Shown here piece after piece: positions 55,718 to 64,000 of a stretch of 64,000 nt of DNA (position 1 is the first letter of the stretch; each line of letters begins with the position of its first letter). The position numbers and the translations under genes were made by a program. Under the pieces are notes generated by a model. The model saw only the letters and a list, made by a program, of their open reading frames with translations, had not been told where the DNA came from and made no database searches. This DNA is from Acidilobaceae archaeon (GTDB lineage Archaea; Thermoproteota; Thermoprotei_A; Sulfolobales; Acidilobaceae), in the NCBI GenBank assembly GCA_038824665.1, contig JAWBBK010000001.1:352001-416000 (forward strand), written 5' to 3'.

Positions 55718-58000
55718 CTAGGTTCGTAGAGAAGTCCAGAGAGCTGACTTCTCCGATACTCTGCTAACTCCTCCTCTCTTCTCTACATGTACGAGCAGAT
55801 CGGCTACTTCTTCAACTTCTGGATCGTGAGTTACTACGATTATTTGGTCTATGTATCCAGCCATCTCTCTTATGGTTTGAAACACAGTCTTCCTTACCTC
55901 AACGTCTAGATACTCTGTAGGCTCGTCAAGAATAAGCGCAGAAACCCTCTTGCCAGATATCATTGAAGCTAGCGCCATCCTTGAAACTATGGCTAACATC
56001 GTCTTCTCTCCTCCGCTAAGCGAGCTTATAGAAAGACTCTGTCCTCCTCTCTTCACATATATTTCTAAGTCTTTACCTAAATCTATGAGAAAGTCTCTGT
56101 TTAGTTTAGTCAATACGTCGTTGACGGTCGTGACGAAATTCTTTCTAAAGCTTTCTAATACAACCTTGCTGAGCTGACCGCTCTTGCCTAAGTAGTCCTC
56201 ATGGAGTCTGCTAGCTATCTTAACTACTTTCTTCTTAACCTCTAAAGACTTGACTGTATCTCTCAGCTTGTTAAGTTCTGTCTCTTTGGCTGAGAGCTGT
56301 GACCTTAAGGCGTTCAGCTCTCCACGAATTAGAGACAGCTCCTCTTTGGCTCTTCCTAGCTCTCTCGACATGCTTTCGTAACTGTTGTTCAACTCCAGGT
56401 ATTTCTTTTCGAGTTCTTCTGGTGAAAGCCCTTTACTCTTGAGAATGTCGTAAACTTTAGAGAGTTCTTCAGCGCTGAACTGTGATATAGCTAATCTGAG
56501 GCTCTCTAAAGAGCCCAATTTTCGCGCTAAAAGCTTTTCGATCTCTTCTGCTTCTTCCACAAGCTTAGCTATCTCTTTTAGTTTACAGTCAACGAAGCTC
56601 TCTGCTTTAGGAAAACCAAGCTTTGAGGCGAGTTCGTTGTATCTCTCGAGAAAGGACTTAAGTTCTTTCTGAGCGTTATCCAAGTCCTGCTTTAGCCTTT
56701 CCGCTTCTCTAGAGATATCTGCTACTTCTCTCAAGACGTTCTCTAGACGTCTTCTACGAGCCGTTATCTCTTCGAGCGACATCTTGACTTTAGGCAACTC
56801 TTCTCTTAGCTCTTTGAGTCTAGTTATGTGCGTCTCTATCATATGCTTTTTGCGCTCTTCATTAAGAGGACTACCGCAAAGCGGACACTTATCTCCTGAA
56901 AGTCCAGCTTGAAGAGTAGCTGAGAGCAACTTCTCCTCTGCTGAGAGTTCTTTGTACTTATGAACTAAGTCTTCCTCGAGTTTCCTCAGTTCTTCAACCT
57001 CTTTTTCCACATCGCTTAACGTGGAATTGCCTAAAAGGCTCTTTAAACGATCTTCTGCTTTTTTCAAGAGGTCTTCTATCGTTCTGACACGATTGTTCAC
57101 TGTAACATAATATGAAAGTCCTCTCTCTACTAACTCTTTAGCTTCTCTAAATGGAGCTAGCTTTTTCAGCTTCCTCTTTAGTTCCTCTACTTCTGACTCT
57201 AGCGTCTCTATCTCTCGCTTGTATCTCTCATAGGCTCTTAGCTTGTCGAGTGAAGTCCAAAGACTTCTGTACTCCTCGACCTCCTTCTTGAGGGTTTCCG
57301 TTTTCTTTTCTAACTCTTCGACCTTGTTGAGAGCGCTCTTCTCCTTGTTTTCCAGTTCTTCAACTCTTTTACGAAGTTGCGCTCGCTCTGCTTCTAGCTT
57401 GCGTAGTCTCTCTTCTTCTTTCTCAAGCAAAGCGACTTCTATCTCGAGACCTCTTAGAGCTCTTCCCAGAGTCTCTTTGGCTTTATCGAGCCAAGCCATA
57501 CCGAGGAGGTCTAAGATCATTTCTGCTCTTTTCGAAGGCTCGCTGTCTATGAAGTCTGAGAGATGTCCTTGTCTTGCTACTAACGTATATGATAGAACCT
57601 TCAAGTTCTTCAAGCCTAAGAGTTCGCTCATCTTGTTACAAAAGCTATCTTTGCCGTGAGCTATTAGTTGTCCTGTACACTCTTTAAGAATGAATTGACT
57701 CTGAGCCTCTTCAAGCGACGTCGTGATCGTTCTCTCAACTCGATAACACTTACCGCTTATTTCGAACTCTACAGCTATAGATGCTTTCGTCGATCCTACT
57801 CTGACCATGTTAGAAAGTTCTGCTCTAACTGTTTCCTCTCCTCTAACACACCCTCCTACGAGAGCGAAAATTATCGAATCGATTATAGAGCTCTTACCGC
57901 TCCCGTTGGGTCCTACTATTGCGTTAACTCCTCTTCCAAACTCAACTACAGTATGTTCGTGAGACATCACGTTCTTCAGCTCAACTTTTTTGATCATCAA
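55718..58000 (-). CDS. rad50: Rad50 ATPase
   Basis: GPNGSGKS, CPLCG zinc hook, LSGGE, LDEPT and THD motifs. Confidence 0.92.
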   Translation of the reverse strand: MMIKKVELKNVMSHEHTVVEFGRGVNAIVGPNGSGKSSIIDSIIFALVGGCVRGEETVRAELSNMVRVGSTKASIAVEFEISGKCYRVERTITTSLEEAQSQFILKECTGQLIAHGKDSFCNKMSELLGLKNLKVLSYTLVARQGHLSDFIDSEPSKRAEMILDLLGMAWLDKAKETLGRALRGLEIEVALLEKEEERLRKLEAERAQLRKRVEELENKEKSALNKVEELEKKTETLKKEVEEYRSLWTSLDKLRAYERYKREIETLESEVEELKRKLKKLAPFREAKELVERGLSYYVTVNNRVRTIEDLLKKAEDRLKSLLGNSTLSDVEKEVEELRKLEEDLVHKYKELSAEEKLLSATLQAGLSGDKCPLCGSPLNEERKKHMIETHITRLKELREELPKVKMSLEEITARRRRLENVLREVADISREAERLKQDLDNAQKELKSFLERYNELASKLGFPKAESFVDCKLKEIAKLVEEAEEIEKLLARKLGSLESLRLAISQFSAEELSKVYDILKSKGLSPEELEKKYLELNNSYESMSRELGRAKEELSLIRGELNALRSQLSAKETELNKLRDTVKSLEVKKKVVKIASRLHEDYLGKSGQLSKVVLESFRKNFVTTVNDVLTKLNRDFLIDLGKDLEIYVKRGGQSLSISSLSGGEKTMLAIVSRMALASMISGKRVSALILDEPTEYLDVEVRKTVFQTIREMAGYIDQIIVVTHDPEVEEVADLLVHVEKRGGVSRVSEKSALWTSLRT

Positions 58001-58006
58001 GAGCTT

Positions 58007-59227
58007 TCACCTACAATACGAAAGAGCGCTTTCTAGCGACTTGAGTAAAGCCTTAGCTCCATCTTCTGAAGGAGAGCTGACGAAATCTTTCAGCTTATCT
58101 ACGATCTCATTAACGCTTAAGCAATCCTCTCGAACTCCCTCTTTCTTCAACAATTGCCTAAAGGCGTTCATGAATACTTGAGAGAGTTCTAATTGTTGAA
58201 CCTCTTCAGAGAGTCGAGCTTTAGTCTCCTCTTGTTGTCTAGAGTGGAAGACATAGTCGAGAGCTTCTCCGCTTGTCACCAAGACTCGCAACTTCTGTAA
58301 GAGCTTCTCTCTCTTGGCTTTATCTATAGGGTCTGTGACCTCTATGTAGAGAAGAGGAGGTTTGCCCTGTCCTCTCTTCAGCTCCTCAACAGACTTCATG
58401 ATTTGAGCATAAGGAGCTCTCAGGACTATCCACGGTCTGACGCTCTTCAGCTCTATCCTTCTAACCTCAGCGAGAGTTCCGTCTTCGAGTTTGATGAGAT
58501 ACACGAATCTTCTTCCGCCGCTTCTCTCATACTCATCTACAGCAAAATGTTCTGTGGCTCCTGGGTACACAGCTCTTCCGCCGCTTGGAAGCTTACCTTC
58601 CCAAACCACATGAACGTCTCCTAGAGCTGCATAGTCTACGTTTCCAGTTATATCGGTAGAGAGAAGAGGAGTCTGCGAACTGCACTTCTCTAGGGGAATT
58701 CCTTCAGCATCTTTAAGAGCGTCACAAAGCCTCGCGTGAGCCAAAGCTATCAGGAACTCTTCTCTCTTCTTCTCTATAGAAAACGTCCTGAGAGCAGAAA
58801 GTCCGGTAGGTGGAAAGATCGCTAATATAACCTTCTTATCGACTCCTACTCTGTGTATAGTAGGACCATGAGGTTTTCCAGGATCTGGACCTTTAGCCAA
58901 TCCCGCTATCTCGAGCAGTCTTACGGGAGACCCTTCATCTATCGCTTTAGGATATTCGTGATTGCCTGGAGACACATAGAACTCTATACCTTTCTCCGCT
59001 AGAGAGAGCAGAGGCTTGAAGGCCGCTATAAGCGTAAACGGTTTAGGCGTGCTTTTGTCGAACATATCTCCTGCGTGAAGAACAGCGTCGACTTTTTCTC
59101 TCTTAGCTATCTCAACTACTTCTGCAAACGCCTCATAAACGTCTTTCTCTCTATCTAAGAGACCGTATTGTTTAATGCCTAGATGAGTATCAGAAACGTG
59201 TAAGAACTTCACTGTATAGCTAACCAA
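58007..59227 (-). CDS. mre11: Mre11 nuclease
   Basis: SDTHLG..QYG...RE.D, GDMFD, GNHE and LGDVH motifs; upstream of rad50. Confidence 0.9.
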   Translation of the reverse strand: MVSYTVKFLHVSDTHLGIKQYGLLDREKDVYEAFAEVVEIAKREKVDAVLHAGDMFDKSTPKPFTLIAAFKPLLSLAEKGIEFYVSPGNHEYPKAIDEGSPVRLLEIAGLAKGPDPGKPHGPTIHRVGVDKKVILAIFPPTGLSALRTFSIEKKREEFLIALAHARLCDALKDAEGIPLEKCSSQTPLLSTDITGNVDYAALGDVHVVWEGKLPSGGRAVYPGATEHFAVDEYERSGGRRFVYLIKLEDGTLAEVRRIELKSVRPWIVLRAPYAQIMKSVEELKRGQGKPPLLYIEVTDPIDKAKREKLLQKLRVLVTSGEALDYVFHSRQQEETKARLSEEVQQLELSQVFMNAFRQLLKKEGVREDCLSVNEIVDKLKDFVSSPSEDGAKALLKSLESALSYCR

Positions 59228-59276
59228 CCTTGACCCTATGTCTGAATGAAGCTGAGAGCTTAATTAGAACTTACCT

Positions 59277-60026
59277 TTAGCCTTCGTGGAAATCCGAGAG
59301 GACTTCTACGACCTCAACCTTTTCTGCTCCTTTCTTCAGCTCCTCTAAAGCCTCTTTAGCTGTCTTAAGTGCTACTAGAGCTATTACGCGAGTTCCTGTT
59401 TTCTTAGCCATAGAGAGCAACGCTGAGATCTTGCTAACGTCTTTGAGTTCTACCTCTACGAGGATTACCCCGTTACCGTTATCGAGACACTGTTTAGGAA
59501 CAAGCACTGAGAAGACCTCTCCGCTTGAAGGAGACCTAAAGTGAGTAGCCAAAATTCCTTTAGGCTCTGCTTTGATTCTATCTGAAACCACACAGACGTC
59601 CGCCTCAAACTCTATAGCTAAGACTGTAGCCAAGGGAAGAGATTCGTAAGACATAGCTATGACAGCATCGATACCGCTATCTCTCTCATCTTTAAGCATT
59701 TGAGACGCTATGTGAGAGACCAGTTGTAGGAACCCTGTGTCTCTAAGAAGTACGTGAAGTCCTCCGTTAGCTAGAGATTGAGAGACTCTCTCTTTAAGAG
59801 CTTTTTCGAGAAGTCTTAACTCTCGAGTCTTCTCTACTATCTTCTCAGCTGTCTCTCTTTCTGGAACGCTCAAGAGGTTTGCATATCTCCAGAGGTTCTG
59901 AAAGTGCACTCCATAAACTCGCTCGAGAACTCTATAACTGTAAAAACGAGAGAGGATCTGAAGGACCTTTATGGCTTCTCTTCTGACCTCGCTATGTCTT
60001 TGTTCTTCTCCAGGGTCTTTGGCCAT
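59277..60026 (-). CDS. HTH + degenerate phosphoribosyltransferase-fold regulator
   Basis: N-terminal HTH (YSYR.L...G.....LWRY), PRT-like fold without the DD..TG loop. Confidence 0.65.
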   Translation of the reverse strand: MAKDPGEEQRHSEVRREAIKVLQILSRFYSYRVLERVYGVHFQNLWRYANLLSVPERETAEKIVEKTRELRLLEKALKERVSQSLANGGLHVLLRDTGFLQLVSHIASQMLKDERDSGIDAVIAMSYESLPLATVLAIEFEADVCVVSDRIKAEPKGILATHFRSPSSGEVFSVLVPKQCLDNGNGVILVEVELKDVSKISALLSMAKKTGTRVIALVALKTAKEALEELKKGAEKVEVVEVLSDFHEG

Positions 60027-60080
60027 GATCCCTCCTATTCCTCCAAGCTTGTATTAAAGCGAAACGGGGCTAAATATGTT

Positions 60081-61730
60081 CTAACCTTCGCGTTTAAGAG
60101 CTTTAAGCAGTGAGCGCAGAGAGAGTTCCGCTAAGGCTATAGGGTATTCTAAGCCTAACGTTTCTAGAACTTCTGGACGCACTTCACCCATCCATCCGAG
60201 TTCTAAACCGTTACACATTATTGAGGCTTGTCTTCCTTTTATCAAGAAGCTCAAGCGCGAAGGCTCTACATAGAAGTTCAAGCCTAAAATTCTGATCAGA
60301 GAGTAAACGACAGCTTGAATGTCTTCGTAGCCAACTGAGTAGTCGAGAATACCGAGCGCAAACCTGAAGTCTTCTCTAACTGATCCGCTCGACCTCGAAA
60401 TCGCAGGACCTATCTCAAATACTTTTAGAGGCTTCTCTTTATGTTGCTCTTCTCTAAACACTTCTAGCAAGGTAATTGCCAAGGTGGGTCTCAGAACGCT
60501 GTACTCGAGTTGAACTGGGTTGCTTACATGAATCACTTCATCAGCCACTTCTAGAGCTGAAACCATATGAGGACTCGTTAGCGTTAAACGAGCCACTTCT
60601 ACGAAGCCGAACCCGATAGCTAGCTCTCTTAGCTTTTTGGCTAATTTCGTAGCCTCAGAGAGAGTTCCTACTGTGTATATCCTGACGTCTCTTTTGCCTT
60701 CCGATATCTTTTCGTAACCGATAGAGATCGCAAGGTCTTCAGCTAAATCTATAGGCTTCATGACGTCTATCCTGAAAGGTGCAACGCTTACTTCGATGAA
60801 GTTCTCATAAACTGAGACGTTGTGTAACATCCTCTCCAGATGGTCCGCTATCTCATCTACGCTTAGCTCAATTCCTATAGATTTTGTGAAGAAGTCTTTA
60901 GTAGTGCTCATTCTGATCGAGCTGAATATTGGACAGACCTTCTTAGCTTCTCCGAACTCTACCTCAACCATCTCTACTTGAGCTCCACGTCTTTCAGCTA
61001 GCGTCGATACTAAAATGTCTAAAACCGTTAGAACTGTCTTCTCATCTGTTCCCGTCACGTCAATAAATAGATCTTTAGTTCCAACCTCGACTTTAGTGAT
61101 ATCTGAGTTGAGCACAGGAGGTATGGCTATAACGTGATCTCCTGCTATCAGAGCCGGATGTCTCCCTTTGTGAAGAGCTATGTTACCGTATGCTCTGCCT
61201 TTCTCGGTTTCATTCAAGACTTCTCCTATAGTCGTTTCTTCAGAGCTCCCTAGAGGTCTGAACTTGGTCTTTAAGTCTACGAGAACGTACTCTATGTGTT
61301 TAGAGGGGAGCTTGTTCAGGTCGTGAAGTCCTATTGCTACCTTCTTCCTCCTCCTGCCTAATCCGTCATGAAGCTTTTCCTGAAACTGAATGAGTTCTTC
61401 TAAAAAGTCCTCAGAGTCTACGTTAACGTTTCTGACTACAGCACAAGCTATATATGGTCTAGAGGACACCTCGTTCACGCTAACCGATACAGAAGACCTG
61501 AAGGTCTTGGGTAACCTCCAACCTCTTCTTTTGCCTAGAAGTCCGTTTACTGCTCTGGCTATCCCCTCTCCTATAAGCATATCGGGTCTGTCGCTATTGA
61601 CCTCTATCTGAGCATAGTCCCCGCTGACCTCGAGTTCGCACTTGAGTCTAAAGAGAGCTTCTTCTAACTCTCTTAACTTCAGTTCCGTGAGTTCTTCAAG
61701 TCTCCAGGTTTTGACTCTTATAACAGGCAT
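60081..61730 (-). CDS. pheT: Phenylalanyl-tRNA synthetase beta subunit
   Basis: NSDRPD, QEKLH..GR.R.KVAIG.HD, DLAED.AI.IGY and FEIG motifs. Confidence 0.95.
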   Translation of the reverse strand: MPVIRVKTWRLEELTELKLRELEEALFRLKCELEVSGDYAQIEVNSDRPDMLIGEGIARAVNGLLGKRRGWRLPKTFRSSVSVSVNEVSSRPYIACAVVRNVNVDSEDFLEELIQFQEKLHDGLGRRRKKVAIGLHDLNKLPSKHIEYVLVDLKTKFRPLGSSEETTIGEVLNETEKGRAYGNIALHKGRHPALIAGDHVIAIPPVLNSDITKVEVGTKDLFIDVTGTDEKTVLTVLDILVSTLAERRGAQVEMVEVEFGEAKKVCPIFSSIRMSTTKDFFTKSIGIELSVDEIADHLERMLHNVSVYENFIEVSVAPFRIDVMKPIDLAEDLAISIGYEKISEGKRDVRIYTVGTLSEATKLAKKLRELAIGFGFVEVARLTLTSPHMVSALEVADEVIHVSNPVQLEYSVLRPTLAITLLEVFREEQHKEKPLKVFEIGPAISRSSGSVREDFRFALGILDYSVGYEDIQAVVYSLIRILGLNFYVEPSRLSFLIKGRQASIMCNGLELGWMGEVRPEVLETLGLEYPIALAELSLRSLLKALKREG

Positions 61731-61731
61731 T

Positions 61732-63213
61732 TTACCACCTCTGAGGGAACCTCTTGATGAAATCGATGTCGCTGAAGTAGAGCATCCTTATATCGGGAAG
61801 TCCATAATAGGCAGCAGCTAGCCTCTCAATTCCAAAGCCCCAAGCTCCTACTGGATAGTCGATGTCAGCCATCTCTAAGACCTCTGGTCTGAATAGTCCA
61901 GCTCCAAAGAGTTCTAACCATTTGCCGCTAGGGAGTCTCACGTAGCCTTCGACGCTCGGCTCTGTGAACGGGAAGTAAGCAGGTTTGAACTTTACCTCTA
62001 GCCCTAACCTTTCGAATATCTCTCTCAAGGTTAAGAGCAAGTCTTTAAAGGTGTATCCGTACCAACCTTCAATTCCATCGAGTTGATGGAACTCTGGAAG
62101 ATGGGTTGCATCTACAGCGTCGTGTCTGAAAACTCTTCCCAACGTGAAGAACCTGATAGGAGGTTTAGGCTTTAGAAGCGCTAAGGTTCTGATCGAAACG
62201 GCTGTTGTCTGACTCCTCAACATGATTCTTGAAGCTAGCTCTCTACTCCACTTGTAGCCCCAGTTCTTTTCATGAACTTCAGCTACCTTTGAGACCAGCT
62301 CTCTTCCATAAAGCTCTTCTATCTCTTGTGGCTCCACTTTGAGCCACAGAGAGTCGTGAATTTCTCTGGCTGGATGGTCTTGAGCTTGGAACAACATATC
62401 GAAGTTGAAGAGTTCAACCTCTACAAGAGGTCCCTCTACTTCCTTAAAGCCTAGTTCTACCATTACGTCTTTTATCTTTTCTATGAACTCTTGAAGGAAG
62501 TGATGCCTAGCGGGAAGCGCTAGATATGGCTCAACTCTTATGTCATACTCTTTAAGAGAACAACTTCTCCAAGTCTTTGACCTCAATATGTCATGAGTGA
62601 GCTTCGAGATCTCGACCTTAACGCTCTTCAGGATCTCCTGAGGGTCACTTCTTAGCCTCACGTAATAAACAGTCTCTACGACTTTCTTAACTAGCCCTCT
62701 CTTTAGAAGCTCGTCTAGCTGACTGAGGTCTATATCTTCAATCCGAGACTCCGCTATAGCTCTTAGAGTTCTCTCTTGAGCTTCCACAGTCTTTAGAGCC
62801 TTGTCTCTACTGAGTGCAAGCCTTACGAGGCCTCGCTCTACGACCACTATCCCTTTCTCTTTGGCCTTACCTACAGCTATACTTGCCTCCTCTCCGAGGA
62901 TCTCAGCGACCTCGCTAAGCCTCATTGAGCCATCTTTCGATACTAGGATCTCTATGAGCTTTCTTTCTGGAAGCCCTTCTCGAAGAGCCTCTAGACCTCT
63001 GTCAGTAATCTCATACGACTCTCTATTCACTTCTTCGAGATCTACCAGCCCTTTCTCTTTTAGCAACATTAGATAGCTAGAAAGACTCGATCTATCTAAT
63101 CCTAAGGCTTTAGTGATATAATCTAAACTGCCTTCACGAAATCCCTTTTCGGCCATTAACCTCAGAACTCTGTACTCACCCTCGCTAACTATCCAAACAA
63201 TAATGAACACCAC
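61732..63213 (-). CDS. pheS: Phenylalanyl-tRNA synthetase alpha subunit
   Basis: NFD.LF.AQDHPARE, DATHLPEFHQ, YFPFTEPS and GFGIERL motifs. Confidence 0.95.
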   Translation of the reverse strand: MVFIIVWIVSEGEYRVLRLMAEKGFREGSLDYITKALGLDRSSLSSYLMLLKEKGLVDLEEVNRESYEITDRGLEALREGLPERKLIEILVSKDGSMRLSEVAEILGEEASIAVGKAKEKGIVVVERGLVRLALSRDKALKTVEAQERTLRAIAESRIEDIDLSQLDELLKRGLVKKVVETVYYVRLRSDPQEILKSVKVEISKLTHDILRSKTWRSCSLKEYDIRVEPYLALPARHHFLQEFIEKIKDVMVELGFKEVEGPLVEVELFNFDMLFQAQDHPAREIHDSLWLKVEPQEIEELYGRELVSKVAEVHEKNWGYKWSRELASRIMLRSQTTAVSIRTLALLKPKPPIRFFTLGRVFRHDAVDATHLPEFHQLDGIEGWYGYTFKDLLLTLREIFERLGLEVKFKPAYFPFTEPSVEGYVRLPSGKWLELFGAGLFRPEVLEMADIDYPVGAWGFGIERLAAAYYGLPDIRMLYFSDIDFIKRFPQRW

Positions 63214-63334
63214 TGAGAGTCGTTGTATTCGAGAAGGCTATTTAAGTTTCACCAGCTGTCTTTATGTCAACATATTGACATCTAGCTCGTACGCTTAGCT
63301 TTATCGCTAACCGCTAAGTTATGTGCTCTCTGTT

Positions 63335-64000
63335 TCACTCGGGATCTCTTATGCCGAACTCCGTTATAGCGAAAGTCGTCTCAGCTTCAGGTAAATGAGG
63401 AGCATCCACAACTCTAGCTATCCTTCTGTTGCCCTTGCTCTTCTTTAGATAAACTCTGACTCCAGGAGCATGAGCTACCACGTGACCTCCTACAGCAGTA
63501 GTAGGGTCTCCAAAGAATATGTCTGGTCTAGCCATCACCTGGTTGGTAACGACTACGGCTGAATCGAAGACCTCAGCAAGTCTCATGAGTTGATGAAGGT
63601 GTTTGTTCAGCAACTGTTGTCTCAAAGCCAGGTTCTCTCTGCCTGGATACTCAGCTCTGAAGTGACCTGTAAGAGAGTCTACTATCACTAGCCTTATGTT
63701 GTTCTTTGGGATCACCTCGTAAAGCTTCTCTACTACAGCCATCTGATGATGACTGTTTATAGCTCTGATCCATAGTATGTTTTCCATAGCTTTATCCGGA
63801 TCTAGGCCGATGGCTCTAGCCATCTGCTCTAGTCTCTCCCATCTGAAAGTCCCTTCTGTGTCTATATATACAGCTCTGGCAGAAAGCCCTCCTCTGTCTT
63901 CTGGCAACTGAACGTTAATGGCTAGCTGATGACACAGTTGAGTCTTCCCAGACCCATACTCACCGTAAAACTCAGTTATTGTTCTAGTCTCTACGCCTCC
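63335..64000 (-). CDS. radA: RadA recombinase, 5' end outside window
   Basis: [12 protein letters not shown] (manual translation), [25 protein letters not shown] and DAPHLPE motifs. Confidence 0.95.
   Translation of the reverse strand, partial: GGVETRTITEFYGEYGSGKTQLCHQLAINVQLPEDRGGLSARAVYIDTEGTFRWERLEQMARAIGLDPDKAMENILWIRAINSHHQMAVVEKLYEVIPKNNIRLVIVDSLTGHFRAEYPGRENLALRQQLLNKHLHQLMRLAEVFDSAVVVTNQVMARPDIFFGDPTTAVGGHVVAHAPGVRVYLKKSKGNRRIARVVDAPHLPEAETTFAITEFGIRDPE

Overview
Gene-dense, mostly housekeeping 64 kb of a hyperthermophilic crenarchaeon (Thermoproteota, most consistent with Desulfurococcales/Acidilobales): reverse gyrase, Aeropyrum-ORC2-like Cdc6, eL38, TIP49, split A-type ATP synthase genes, class III RNR, CydAA'-type oxidase, mre11-rad50, pheST, radA. 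It also holds one intronless tRNA-Phe and several box C/D-like guide RNAs. I saw no CRISPR array, integrase or transposase. Most notable points: (1) the ATP synthase subunit a/I appears to lack the distal lobe of its soluble domain through a clean in-frame deletion; (2) several genes seem to start at non-canonical codons (thiE CTG, ribK TTA, possibly priL and a Re-citrate-synthase-like gene); (3) a divergent pair of RHH regulators, one aCcr1-like, with a candidate palindromic operator elsewhere in the window; (4) an AT-rich inverted repeat that may be an origin; (5) an unannotated 38-aa membrane microprotein behind a site-2 protease; (6) a tyrosine-phenol-lyase-like gene and priL broken by homopolymer indels, probably sequencing errors. 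All family assignments come from motif recognition by eye; no searches were run.
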